64,000 nt of DNA from Eledone cirrhosa. Lineage: Eukaryota. Shown here in pieces: positions 39,105-51,763 of this stretch. Location of the stretch: assembly GCA_964016885.1 (NCBI GenBank), contig OZ024741.1, forward strand, positions 75,826,001 through 75,890,000. Reading direction: 5' to 3'. The translations under genes were made by a program, and so were the position numbers. The notes below the pieces were generated by a model, which was given only the letters and a program-made list of their open reading frames with translations, did no database searches and had not been told where the DNA came from. Every line of letters begins with the position of its first letter. Within the stretch, counting starts at the first letter, position 1.

Positions 39105-39450
39105 TTGTGTATATCTGTGTGTATCTATATATATGTGCGTGTATGTGTATCTATGTATATGTGTGTATATCTGTATGTATGTATGCATGTATCTGTATAT
39201 GTATCTGATTCTATCTCTATGTATGTGTATCTATCTATGTATCTGTGTGTGTGTATCTGATTCTATCTCTGTATATGTGCATGTATCTCTGTATCTGTGC
39301 ATATGCCTGCGTGTATGTATGTGTATCTATCTATGTCTCTGTGTATCTGATTCTATCTCTGTATCTGTGCATATGCCTGCATGTATGTATGTGTATCTAT
39401 CTATGAATATGTGCATGTATCTCTATATATCTATATGTATATGTGTGTAG
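39105..39450. repeat. compound TGTA/TCTA microsatellite
   Basis: Directly visible low-complexity repeat. Confidence 0.9.
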
Positions 39451-39664
39451 CTATTTAACAAGTTTTTAACATGATTGGTCCTGTTTTTGCAGTTAGATTT
39501 CAGCTCTTCTCTCATTGCTGGATCATTGCTTTTGTATTTGTTTTCTATAAATATTTCCTTGCTACTAATTCTCATCTTTTCATTTTGATTGTCCTCTTTC
39601 TTCCTTTTTTTCTGATGGATATAATCTTGATTCTTTTAAATCTTCTGCCAATCATTTTCTGATT

Positions 39665-39897
39665 TCACATGTATGCCTGTGTGTATATATGTTACATATG
39701 TGTGCCTGTGTGTATATGTTACATATGTATGCCTGTGTATATATGTTTTATATATATGCCTGTATGTATATATTTCATATATATGCCAGTGTGTATATGT
39801 TTTATATATATACCTGTGTGTATATGTTACATATGTATGCCTATGTGTGCATGTTTCATATATATGTTAGTGTGTATGTTACACATGTATGCCTGTG

Positions 39898-39902
<5 letters not shown>
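39665..39902. repeat. ~24-bp degenerate minisatellite (atatgtatgcctgtgtgtatatgtt)
   Basis: About 10 copies visible. Confidence 0.85.
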
Positions 39903-39928
<26 letters not shown>

Positions 39929-40070
39929 GAAATTATTGTGTACAGTGCTCAGGTGCACTACAACTCATCAAAGGTGCATGTATAGTACATAGAATAATGT
40001 ACAAATGTCAGGAAAATGAACAGTGTATGAGTCATGAAATATATGTGTGCATGTGTGTAGAGGGGAGACA
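39903..40070 (-). mobile_element. CR1-like LINE 3' UTR remnant with (ATT)n tail
   Basis: Matches the 3' ends at 53793 and 60088 (aataat...gaaattattgtgtacagtgctcaggtgcactacaactc). Confidence 0.85.
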
Positions 40071-40183
40071 TGTTTTATATATATACCAGTGTGTATATTT
40101 TACACATGTATGCCTGTATGTATGTTACATATATATGTCGGTTATTTATCTGAATTACAGTTGTATTACCTTTTTTTTTTCAG

Positions 40184-40350
40184 ATGGAAGTGAAATGCAT
40201 CTTAATGCTAGTTTCTATTTGTGGGAGTCTATCTACCATTGTTGGCAGCCAGATGTCTACCTGCCTACATTACTGCACAGATTTCTCAAACTGAATCTTC
40301 AGCTGCTGTCTCGCTACAGTTCTTGGATTGAGGAAATTTATCAGAAAGAG
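40184..40350 (+). CDS. COG2: COG2 exon 12 (GSEMHLNAS...EEIYQKE)
   Basis: poly-T cag acceptor, GAG|gtttgt donor. Confidence 0.93.
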
Positions 40351-40397
40351 GTTTGTTTAATATTTATATACAGATGAATAATTTATTAACATATATG

Positions 40398-40852
40398 TGG
40401 GCGGTGGGGAGACCCAAGAAGACCTGGGATGAGGTGATAAAAGCCGACCTTACCCAATTACACCTCTCAAAGGCGATGACACACGACCGTGACCTCTGGC
40501 GTCACGCAGTAATACAGAAGACCCGACCCTCCACGGGTACAAGCCGAAGCTGAAGCATATAGACAATATGCCACCACACCCTCCCACTGCAAAGTGGTCG
40601 TGGAGGTGCCACTGCAAAAAAGCACCCAGCCCACACTGTAAAGTGGACGTGTAGGAGCCACGGAAAAAAAAGCACCCAGCACTCACTGTAAATGAGGTTG
40701 GTGTTAGGAAGGGCATCTAGCTGTAGAAATCAAGCCAGAATCAGTTTCCATATGAGCAAGACAAGGTCAGCCAACCGGACACTGCCCACAACAGGACAAC
40801 CCGTCTAACCTATGCTAGCATGGAAGAACGGACGTAAAACGGTGATGATGAT
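40398..40852 (+). mobile_element. RTE LINE 3' end, close relative of 36052..36973
   Basis: GRPKKTWDEVIK; near-identical 3' UTR and tail. Confidence 0.9.
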
Positions 40853-41533
40853 AAGTGTAGGCGTACTTGGGTTTATTAATATGAAATTTAGTAGAAGGAA
40901 TTTTGCAGAAACCTTTTATGTATATGTGTGTATTTACATTTTGCGTTTGTGACCCTTACTTTGTAGTTTGACAAAAAGAGATGGGATTATGATCAATTAA
41001 ATCCCTTAGTGCCTCAGCACAATCACAATATAATGAGAACCAGTGAAAGAATAAAAGTATTTTTAAATGAAATTAGCTTGTTCTGAAGATTGGCTAATTT
41101 GTATAAACTGGTTTAAGTTAGCTCCTAATGTATTGTACAGCAAGACAGCACTATGACTGCATCACATTAAAAAGTAATGTCTTTACATTTGTCTACTGTA
41201 AATTTTTACAATGATATATCCACTAGTAAAAATACTATAAACATTTGAATTAACAGATTCGTTTTTAGATATTTCCTGCTGTCATTGCAGGATTTTAAAA
41301 TTTAAGCTCCAAGCACCAGTTTAATAATTTTTAACATGGGTATAAACCAGAATTTTGTGAGAAGGGATTAGTCATGTTAATAAACCTCAGTATTTAACCG
41401 TTATTTTGTTTCATTGACCTGCTGTTGCTGATACTAATTTTCAGCTGAATAGAAACTTTTATTGATTGTTGTTACAATTGTTATATATTAAATTATTTCT
41501 TCTTCTTTTTCCTTCTTTTCTGTTAATTTTCAG

Positions 41534-41719
41534 GCCCAGAAACCTAATAGTAGTAGTACAAATAATTCCAAGAATGAAAGGGCCTCAACACCAGGTTTGA
41601 ACACTAAACAGAATAATTTGGAACAGAACAACCAAACATTGAGTTCCTATGAGACAGAACCTATAACACTGGGACAAATACTTTGTCTCTTAGCTGATGC
41701 TGAGAAAACTTCAGAACGA
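41534..41719 (+). CDS. COG2: COG2 exon 13 (AQKPNSSS...LADAEKTSER), low-complexity linker
   Basis: ttttcag acceptor, CGA|gtgaga donor, 186 nt open, phase 0/0 fits neighbours. Confidence 0.82.
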
Positions 41720-42135
41720 GTGAGAAATTTTATTTACTGTCACTAATATGAGAAGATCATAGGTCTACTCAGTCATGGTTTACCTATGGCTAAATGATGA
41801 CTAACTGAAAAACTCTCTCATTCCATAACGAGGGAGTTTGAAATTCAATTAAGAATTTCATCTTCATTATAATCATTGTTCATCATCATTTTGTGTTCCT
41901 TTTTCATGCTGACATGGGTTAGATGGGTTTCTACAGCTCTTGCCCTTCCTAACACCAACCACTTTACAGAGTATATTGGGTGTTATATCTTGACACCAAC
42001 ATTACTACTTATGATAGTGTACTGGGTGCATTGTAATATGGCAGCAGCATGAACACCTAACCTTTACTCAGATAAAGTTCTTCATCTTTCTGTTTTAATG
42101 TCCTAATTTAGATGTAGGCATGGTTGTATGATTAA

Positions 42136-42311
42136 CCCTTTAGCATTTACATTACTCTATATTTACTACTGCATTTTTGCAGTAAAGGCTTTATCTCACA
42201 TAATATCGAATCTACGAGATTTTGATATTATTTATTTTGTGACGAATACCTTAACATCAGTATGAGGTGTGAGAATTCTGGTCGGATATGGCTGGTTTAA
42301 ATGCTAAAGGG
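42136..42311. mobile_element. piggyBac-like MITE
   Basis: TTAA|CCCTTTAGCATTTA ... TAAATGCTAAAGGG|TTAA; partial second copy from ~46388. Confidence 0.82.
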
Positions 42312-42978
42312 TTAAAAAGTTCTCTTCGGAATTTTACCCCAATGTGTAGCATCTTGGGCAAGTGGTTTCTACTATAGCCACATATGACTAATGCTTTGTG
42401 AGGGAATTTGGTTGACAAAAAATCATTGTAAATCATTAACATCATCATATATCTGCTTTCCCATGCTGACATCTATGTAAGAACATATTTTTCTGTACTT
42501 CAATATCTGTAGTATGTATACATTTCTGAAGATGGATAAAAATACTGAAATACACTCTGAAGTAACTGCAAAATGATCACCACTTAAAATGCTCACATAA
42601 AGACTATATGTATGTTTATTATACAAATACACAGGGTTGTAGATTGGCAGTATCGGTAGTGTCGGTCAACAATCTTTGTAACATCTAGTTATGTTCCGAG
42701 TTCAGATCCCACTGAGGTTAGCTTTGTTTTTTATCCTTATGGTGTTGATAAAATAAAGTACCAGTAATACACTGGTGTCGATTTAGTTGACTTTCCTTTC
42801 CACCAAAATTGTTCGCCTTGTGCCTCGATCAGAAACCATTATACAAACACATATTGTATATTGGTTCATATAGCAAGACAAAATGTTAAAAAAAAAAAAT
42901 GAATTAGTTTTCTATTACTGCTTTCATTGACAATATTATTTATTATCTTATTCAGTTTTACACACATTACACTTTCAG

Positions 42979-43054
42979 ATTTTCCCAATGTTTGAGAAAG
43001 ATATCAGACCAAAATTAGAGTCCTTTGGTTATCAAAATATTGATTTAATAAAAG
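42979..43054 (+). CDS. COG2: COG2 exon 14 (IFPMFEKDIRPKLESFGYQNIDLIK)
   Basis: ctttcag acceptor, AAG|gtaaat donor; phase fits. Confidence 0.85.
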
Positions 43055-44286
43055 GTAAATATAAAATTCAATACATTTATCAACTGTTATTTAAGAGAAA
43101 ATATTTATGTCACCAGGAGATAACTTGCAGAGCTGTTAAAGAGTCAAATTAAATGCTTTGCAGTATTTGTTCCAGCTCTTTCTACTTTGAATTCAAATCC
43201 CACTAAGGTCAGCTTTGTCTTTCAACTTTTCGAATGCAACCAGTCCAAGGTGGTGGATTGACAGAATTGTTTGAGCATCAGATGAGATGCTTTGTAGTAT
43301 CTGTTTTGGTTCTTTGTGTTTGAAAAAATAGACGCTAAATGGTGATAATGATGTTGATGTTTTGAATTCAAATACTAAACCCTATCCAACTGGTATTTGG
43401 CAAGCATGGACTAAAACCAACATGGTTGTTGAGACTTCATTCAATAGTGGATTGAAAATGGGAGGTTGGAATTTATGTTATCTGCCATAGCTTCTCATAT
43501 CAATATATTAATATACAACATGGATCGGCAAAGTTGGTAGAGCAATGGACCAAATACCTTATAGTATTTAGCACTTTTGTTATCCTATTTCAATGAAAGA
43601 CACTATGATTTGAAAGGATTTAATAATATCATTAACTCCCTTATTATTCTGCTGGTGTTTGGAACATATCTTAGCAAAGGTTCTTACATAAAATTGTGAT
43701 GAAAGGTTTTGAGATAAATATAAACATTTTAAAACAAAAAGTTTTCTACCATAAAAACCGGGGTCAGTATGGTATAAAAAGGGTTAAGTAACTTCCTTTT
43801 ACATTCTGAGTTCAAATCCTCTGTGGTCATGTTTGCCTTTCATCCTGTCAACGTCAAATAATGGTGTTTATATAATTGATAGCGCACTCATGCTGAAATT
43901 CAAGACCTTAACTCTGTGTTAGAAATCAATCAATATATTGGTATAGTACAGGTGACAAGATAACAATATATGCTGATATAGTAGAGATGCTAGTATACTA
44001 ATATGATAATACCTGTATACTATTATAGATTGATACCAATACAAATATCGCTCACTCACTCTCATCCCATCCTCATATCTGAGGGTCATGGACTTATGGA
44101 CCAGCACTCTCCATCTTAATACCAATATAATGACATGTCACAAACACCATATACAGATATCTATTATAATTCATTTATCAATAGGGTATAATACAGAAAC
44201 TGATATACTCTGACATGGTATACATACCAGTATACTAATATAGATTGGTGATACATCTACCAATATACTCCTATATGGTATATGTA

Positions 44287-45000
44287 CCATCATCATCATC
44301 ATCGTTTAACGTCCATATTCCACGCTTGCATGGGTTTGGACGGGAGTTTTCCCACTTGAGGCAAGAGTGGTGGTCTTGCTCGTATAGGACTGTCTGGCGG
44401 GTTTTCTACGGCTGGATGCCCTTCCTAACACCAACCACGTTTACAGTGTGGACTGGGAGGTTTTTACCGTGTTACCTACACGGCCACATTACAGCGTGGA
44501 CTGTGTTTTTTTGTTGTGACACCTACACGACCTCATTTGTTTCGGACTGGATGTTGTGGTACCAACATAACTTTACATTGGAAGGGGTGGTGTGGATGGG
44601 GTGGGGGTAGTGGGACGGGGGTGTATTTTTGTTAGAGGAGCCTACTGACTATAGTAGGTTTCACTTTGTACTTAGGTAAGGCGGGTCTTCTGTATTACTG
44701 TGTAGCGCCAAAGATCTCGGTCCAGTGACATTGTCTTGGAGAGGTGTAAGTGTGTGAGGTCGGAATTTATCAAGTCGTCCCAGGTTTTTCTGGGTCTGCC
44801 TACTCCGTGGCTACCGTCTATTTTTATTGCCCTGCACTTTTTTATACAGCTGTCGTCCTTCATGCGCATCACGTGACCATACCAACGTAGTCTTCTCTCG
44901 AGTAAACAACATCTGATCCCTCTTATTTCTAATTTTTCCCTTAGTTCGTTTATGCTTTGCCGTTCACGTATATTACTATTACACATCCAGCGGAGCATGC

Positions 45001-45001
<1 letters not shown>
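44287..45001 (-). mobile_element. RTE LINE 3' end
   Basis: MLRWMCN...RLRWYGHVMR; same subfamily as the 27171 copy. Confidence 0.9.
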
Positions 45002-45038
<37 letters not shown>

Positions 45039-45225
45039 GTATGTACACACACACACACACACTCATATATACACATACTATGTTTGTTGGGGGGGAGGGT
45101 TATATGTGTATGAGAAGGGGAGAGTATATTAGTTGTAATATAACCTTCATTTGTAACTTTTTAAAACTGGTAGCAATTTTTTTTTGTTTGTTCTTGATTG
45201 ATCTGGCTTCTATTTTGTCTTGCAG

Positions 45226-45371
45226 ATGCATTTAATGACTCTCAGGCCAATGTGTTATGTAACGTTCCAAAGTTTCAGAGTTCCATCATCCAAGAATTGA
45301 CCAGTCAGTGTAATGTTCATCTGAAGCAAGTGGCGGATATACCTCGTTTGTTTCGGCGAACGAACAGAGAG
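45226..45371 (+). CDS. COG2: COG2 exon 15 (AFNDSQ...DIPRLFRRTNRE)
   Basis: cttgcag acceptor, GAG|gtaaaa donor; PRL.RRTN.E motif. Confidence 0.95.
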
Positions 45372-46518
45372 GTAAAATGAAGTTTGATTTTAATTAGCAT
45401 AATTCTTGTTTAATGATGGCTTTTTAGTGTGATATTTTTTATTTAACATTTTAATTAACTGCATACATTTACACACTGTAAAGTAGTTGGTGATGTCATG
45501 GGCATCCAACCATAGAAAGTTCGTCAAACAAAGAGTTGGGAGAACCCTATATTTGTATCAAAAACATGACAGACAGACCCAGTACACTCTGTAAAGTAGT
45601 TGGTGATAGGAAGGGAATCCGGCTGTAGAAAATCTGCTATCGGTTTGAGAGAACCTTTCAGCTGTGTCAAAGGCATAATAACCTTCCTAGTGTTGGTGTC
45701 ACAATAAAATGCACTTGATAGAGCATGAGGCAGTATGTAAGTGAGATGCAGGCCTCCAGGCCATCTGAAAGGTCAGTAGCCCTGGATTTGATTTATAAAG
45801 GCCTGTCCAACCTTGCTAGCAAGGATAATGGGTGTTAAATGATAATGGTGATGATTCTCTTGAGGTGTGTGTTGTAAATGTTGTACCACCTAATGGTTAA
45901 TGTTGGTCTCAAGATCATCAGGGCATGAGTTCAACTCCCATATTGGATGGAGTGTTGTGTCCTTGAACAAAGCACTTCATTTTATGTTACTTCACTCTGC
46001 TCTGCTGAAAATGAGCAGCAGGGCATAACTTTGCAATGGACTTGAGTCCTGGATTCTTATCCTTGGAGGAGATAAGCTCACCACTACATCCAAGTGATTG
46101 CTCACAGGGAAAGAGTTAATCTCACCACTGCATATTAAGAAAAACATCAGATTTAGCTTCAATATGCCTGCTAGAAATTATAGTCAATCCCCACTTCCTA
46201 AATCAAACTTTATTGTCTTGCAAAAGGGAAGGACACATTGTGCAATGTAGTCCTAGATATAAATTTGAGATGGTTCTAGCTGGAATGCCTTTCATCATAA
46301 GTCTGTTTGATCAAGGTTAGACTGGGCCTAAACAATGACAGTGAACCTTGCAACCGACTAAGTGGACTGTGTCATTGAAAGTGAAGTTTAACCCTTTAGC
46401 ATCTACATTACTCTATATTTACTATTGTATTTTCACAGTAAAGGCTTTTCCTCACATAATTATCTCACATAATATCGAAGCTAAAAGATTTTGATGAGCG
46501 CCGATTAATAGTGATTAA

Positions 46519-46708
46519 GGGCGGTGGATTGGCAGTATCGGTAGAGGGTTTGACGCCATGCTTTCCAGCATAGTTACGTCCCTTTACGATCTGAGTTCAA
46601 ATCCCGCCGAGGTTGACTTTGCCTTTCATCCTTACAGGGTCGATAAAATAAAGTACCAGTAATGCACTGGGTAATTGCTGGCCTTGTGCCTAAAGTAGAA
46701 ACAATTAT
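46519..46708 (+). mobile_element. tRNA-derived SINE
   Basis: A box TGGCAGTATCGG, B box GAGTTCAAATCC, core GCCTTTCATCCTTACAGGGTCGATAAAAT; related copies at ~35715, ~42636, ~43115, ~52595 and ~59170(-). Confidence 0.85.
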
Positions 46709-46901
46709 GTGATATTTACTTTTACAATCTCATTTTTTAAATCATAATTAAACTTTTTTAGATTTTAGTGAAGGCATGTAGCCTAGTGATTAGGGTCTTG
46801 GTCCTACAATCATAAGTTCATGGTTTCAATTCCTAAACTAGGTGGTACGTTGTGTTCTTAAGCAAGACACTTCACTTCACATTGCTTTTCATTATAGTAC
46901 T

Positions 46902-47090
46902 GGGCGGTGGATTGGCAGTATCGGTAGAGGGTCGGACGCCATGCTTTGCAGCAAAGAGTTACGGCCCTTCGTCTAAATTCAAATCCCGCCAAGGTTAACT
47001 TTGCTTTTTATCCTTACGGGGTCGATAAAATAAAGTACCAGTAATACACTGGGATAATCGTTGGCCTTGTGCCAAAGGTAGAAACAATTA
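46902..47090 (+). mobile_element. tRNA-derived SINE, young copy with target-site duplication
   Basis: Close match to the 46519 copy; attatagtactggg at 46891..46904 and 47087..47100. Confidence 0.88.
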
Positions 47091-47215
47091 TAGTACTGGG
47101 ACTCTTATGTTTATAACAGCTGACAAACCTCCTATGAGATGCAACCATACGAGGCCAGCTCAGTAGACAGGTGTAAGTTGAAAATATCATTTAATGTCTT
47201 CATTTTTTTTTATAG

Positions 47216-47352
47216 GTCCCAACCAAAACATCGTCATATACCATCGGATTGTTTAAGCCACTCAACATGTTTTTTGCTGAACACAAAGATGTACTAAGTG
47301 AAAGTAGGAAACAAGCCATTGCTAAGCAAGCATTGGAGAACCTTGCCCAACA
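47216..47352 (+). CDS. COG2: COG2 exon 16 (VPTKTSSY...NLAQQ)
   Basis: poly-T atag acceptor, CA|gtatgt donor. Confidence 0.92.
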
Positions 47353-47931
47353 GTATGTTAACCTTTCTCTTTATTTTAATATTTCATTTTATATTACATC
47401 AGAGAGTTGTCCTGCTCATATGTTCTATATAAAAATGATTAATTCTTGCCTTACATAATATATTGTTTTGGGTTAAGTTACAAAGCACTGGGAATTTGAA
47501 AATATAGTGGCCACAATGCAACTAACTATCATAATAGTTTTAAAAAATCAGATAAAATGTTCGTGGAGATAGGAAAAAGTGAACAGGCATCACTTTTCAC
47601 TTTTTTCCTTCATTATGAATACTTTACATGATTTATTCAATTATTAATATAGTTATATGTAATGTGGCAACTATATTTTCAAATATAATGTGTAGATATC
47701 TATATTTAGATGGATAAATTAAATACAAAACTTGAAAAAAAGAAGTACTGGGGTTGATATATTCAATTAAATCCCTTAAATCAGTGCCTTAGCATGGCTA
47801 CAGTCTAATAGCTGAAACCAGTAAAAGAATAAAAGAATGATTCATCTGTAACTATTCCTCCTTCTCCTCCCTGTCAATGAGATGATGTGTTGTTACTAAT
47901 GTGACACTTTTTTCATAATTCCTCACTGTAG

Positions 47932-48103
47932 ATATCACACCTCCACATCGGATGTATTGACGTCAGTTAAAAAAATGGAAGACAGTCTGAAGCGATTAAA
48001 GAAAGCTCGTGGGACAGGTGTTAGTACCGGTCTATCAGGTATGACAGACGATGACAAAATTCGTCAGCAGCTGATCATTGATATTGAACACTATACACAA
48101 CAG
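47932..48103 (+). CDS. COG2: COG2 exon 17 (YHTSTSDVLTSVKKMEDSLKRLK...DDDKIRQQL...)
   Basis: ctgtag acceptor, CAG|gtatgt donor. Confidence 0.96.
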
Positions 48104-48854
48104 GTATGTGTAGTTTTTGTTGTTGTTTAACCCTTTTGATACCAAATCACTTGAAACCATCCCTGTTTATTTTTAAATGTTTATATTAAAACCTTCCATC
48201 ATAAATTTATGTAAGAACCTTTATCTTTCAGACACTAACTTAATAATGAGAAAATTGGTTATATTACTAAATCCCTCCAAATTCTTGGTTATTTTTAACT
48301 TCTCTCTACCCCACATGCACCCTTTAACTATTTTTCCATCACTACATGCCCATTGCCCTATTGCTCTCACCCAACCCTCAAAGAGCAGAGAGGCTCTTCA
48401 GTTGGGACTATGACCAACAACCTTTCTAGTGACAATGCCACAAAAAACAGTTACATGCTGTAAGGTGGTTGCCAACAGGAAGGACACCCCACTGTAGAAA
48501 GCATGCCTAAAAGCGTTGAGAGGACCCCTTGATTGTGTCAATGACACAACAACCTCTTTAGTGTTGGTGTACACAATAAACATACCCAGATCATGCTGTA
48601 AAATGGTTGGTGATAGGAAGAGCATCCAGCTGTAGAAAGCTTGCGAAGCAAAGGGTTGTAAGGACCTTCCACTTAGTCAAAGAATTGACAACCTCTCTAG
48701 TGCTGGTGCCATAAAATTTACTTGGTAGAGCATGGAACCATATGTGAGATGAAAACTCCTGGTCTGTCTGAGAGGTCAGTCACCACTTCAGTACTGACTC
48801 AGTCTGTGAAGGCATGCCCAACCCTCACTAGCAGGGAAAATGAACATTAAATGA

Positions 48855-48910
<56 letters not shown>

Positions 48911-48912
<2 letters not shown>

Positions 48913-49958
48913 TCATCATCATCATCAACGTTTAACGTCCGTGTTCCACGCTTGCATGGGTTTGGACGGGGGTAGTCCCACTTGAGGCAAGAGTGATTGT
49001 CTTGCTCGCATAGGACTGTCTGGCAGGTTTTCTACAGTTGGATGCCCTTCCTAACACCAACCACATTTACAGTGTGGGTCTGGGAGGTTTTTACCGTGTT
49101 GCCTACACGGCCACATTACAGCGTGGACTGTGTGTTTTTTTGTCGTGACACCTACACGATCTCATTTGTTTCGGCCTCGAAGGCGCGGCACCAACATAAC
49201 TTTACATAGAACGGGGTGGTGTGGATCGGGTGGGGGTGGGGGTGGTGGGACGGGGTGTATTTTGTTAGAGATGCCTACTGGCTGGAGTAGGTTTTACTAT
49301 ATATTTAGGTAAGGCGGGTCTTCTCTGTTACTGAGTACCGCCAAAGGTCTCGGTCCAGTGACATTGTCTTGGAGAGGTGTAAGTGTGTGATGTCGGAGTT
49401 TATCAGCTCGTCCCAGGTTTTTCTAGGTCTGCCTATTCCGTGACTACCGTCTATCTTTATTGCCCTGCACTTTGTTATACAGCTATCGACTTTCATGCGC
49501 ATCACGTGTCCATACCAACGTAGCCTTCTCTCGAGTAAACAACATCTGATCCCTCTTATCTCTAATTTTTTCCTTAGTTCGTTTATGCTTTGCCGTTCAC
49601 GTATATTACTGTTACACATCCAGCGGAGCATGCAAGCTTCGTTCCTCTCTAGTCTGCGTATATCCTCTGCACACAATGCCCAGGTCTCACTGCCATGCAG
49701 CATTGCTGTTCGTATGCAGGCATCGTACAACCTGCCTTTCATTTTTAGTGAGAACCCTTTAGCAGCTAATAGTGGTATAAGCTCTCTGAACTTTTTCCAA
49801 CCAGTTCTGACTCTAGCTACAGTACTTTCAGAGCACCCTCCCCCACTGCTGATTTTATCGCCCAGGTAACGGAAGCTGTCCACTATTTCTATAGAACCCT
49901 CTGCGCAATTGAAAGAGCTAGTAGTTTGTGGGCACTTGCTGCTACTTATTGCACCAGA

Positions 49959-49960
<2 letters not shown>
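48911..49960 (-). mobile_element. 5'-truncated RTE LINE flanked by (TA)n on both sides
   Basis: ORF 49305..49960 nearly identical to the 27682..28458 ORF. Confidence 0.92.
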
Positions 49961-49994
<34 letters not shown>

Positions 49995-50385
49995 CCTCCA
50001 TAGTTCTGGTGCCATGATAAAATACACCCAGTAAATTCTATAAAGTGGTTAATATTAGGAAGGTTATTGTCATAGAAACCAAGCCAAAACATGTAAGACA
50101 TGGTTCACCTGGAATCTCTGGGACAGTAGCTCTGATTCAAGTACTGATTTGGTCTGTAATGACCCAGCCAATTCATACTGAAACATGTGAAGTGATGAGG
50201 ATAATATATATCACCATCATTTAACATCCATTTTCTCTTCTAACCAGGGTTAGACAGGCCATCACAGACCAGGTTGGTGCTTAATTGAAGCTACTGACCT
50301 CACATATGTGCAGGGAACCCATATCTCACTTACATACCAGCACTCTACAGTGCGGCAGCACCAGCACTAAGGTGGTTGTTATGCT

Positions 50386-50417
<32 letters not shown>

Positions 50418-51218
50418 GTCATATTTTTTTCAATGTGAATTTTTTTGCCAACATGATTCCCTGTAAATTGGTCAGACCTGGCTTACCTCTTCATAGATTT
50501 GACGTCATGCGTCACTAAAGGGTTTACTGCTACAATCCCTTGCTACTAGCAACTGAGGGTGGTGGCATGCCATTTTTGTCTTTCCATTACAGGGAGGCAA
50601 ACTCCCACTAACGAACCAGCCCCATGCCCAATTATGTAATGTGTACTATCATTACCTAATATTCTGCACATGGCTACACCTTTTGGTGCACTGCCAGCAG
50701 ATTGGGACTGCAGAAACAGTTGCAGCAGTCCAGGTACCTTAACATCTTACCCACACAAAGTCGTCTTCCTCACTTATTAACAAAAGTGTGCACACTGGCC
50801 AGCTGGATTCAAATTTTAATAATACAAACTTTGATCATTGAGTGATTGAGGAAACAACCGAAGCTATGTCCGTTCTATTCGACTTGCTTCATCTCTTAAT
50901 TATATATTTACATATATAGCTTCAGAGAGACAGTTACGTGAAGGATTTTAAAAACAAAGACATTTTCATTTAACTCTGTTGATACTAAACCGCCCATAGT
51001 TTTACAATACAAAACTACTTTAACGTCTTTATATTTATATGCAAACCTTCAATCGTAATTTTATATAATATTGTTATTTTATGTTCCAAACATCTACTTA
51101 ATAATGTGAAAGTTAGTTATTTCACTAAGTCTCTTCAAATTCTTGATTATTTTCAAAATTATTTGGAAATTGTCTTTCATTAGAAACAGGGTAAAATAGG
51201 GCTTTTTTTCATTTTCAG

Positions 51219-51371
51219 GTGGAATCCTTTGGTTTTGACAGTAAATCACTGCAAGGTTTCACTCAACTGTCAGCATTATGTGAAGAGGCAAGAATCGCTA
51301 TGACAAATCCAAATCCATCATCATCATCAACAGCAGCAACAGTAACACCAACACCAAAGTCAACTTCTTGA
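51219..51371 (+). CDS. COG2: COG2 terminal exon 18 (VESFGFDSK...PKSTS*)
   Basis: ttttcag acceptor, open frame to TGA at 51369-51371. Confidence 0.85.
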   Translation: MESFGFDSKSLQGFTQLSALCEEARIAMTNPNPSSSSTAATVTPTPKSTS

Positions 51372-51444
51372 ATATCTACTTCTTCTCTTTCTCTCACTCC
51401 TCCCCTTTCCCCCCTCTTTTAGTCAAGTCCAGTCCAATCTCTAC

Positions 51445-51450
51445 AATAAA
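51445..51450 (+). promoter_or_regulatory. candidate polyadenylation signal for COG2
   Basis: First AATAAA after the stop codon; others lie further on and usage cannot be determined. Confidence 0.35.
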
Positions 51451-51714
51451 GTTATCTGGAAAAAGTTAGCACCAATCTGAAGGAAATATATTAAAGTGTA
51501 AGTAGATTAATGGTATACAGTGTATGATTGGTACCAAGGAAGATGATGAGGAAGAATAAATGAAAATCATTAAGGAAAGAAGGAAATTATTTTTTTCAAG
51601 TTTTAAGATACCATATAAACTCGTGCACGTTACATTTTCCTCAAAAATAGTATATGAAAAACCCACATCCAACTTAGCTACTGGACTTACACTATATTGT
51701 GAAATGAGATTTTG

Positions 51715-51763
<49 letters not shown>

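Larger units (their letters stand above)
553..51371 (+). other. COG2: COG2 gene span (conserved oligomeric Golgi complex subunit 2), 18 coding exons, 750 aa
   Basis: Manual exon assembly: 18 exons, GT-AG introns, consistent phases, 2253 nt. Motifs recognised from vertebrate COG2: LP.GP.TLCFDKD.FMK, ELINKDYADFVNLSTNLVGMDKA, LPVYFQIRF.EIAG, DVLTSVKKME.SLKRLK, DDDKIR.QL. Confidence 0.96.

Noticed and set aside
39082-39992. Cys/Tyr/Val-rich ORFs
   Set aside because: Translations of micro- and minisatellites
46519-47090. tRNA genes
   Set aside because: A and B boxes are present but no cloverleaf is evident; they continue into SINE core and tail and are multicopy
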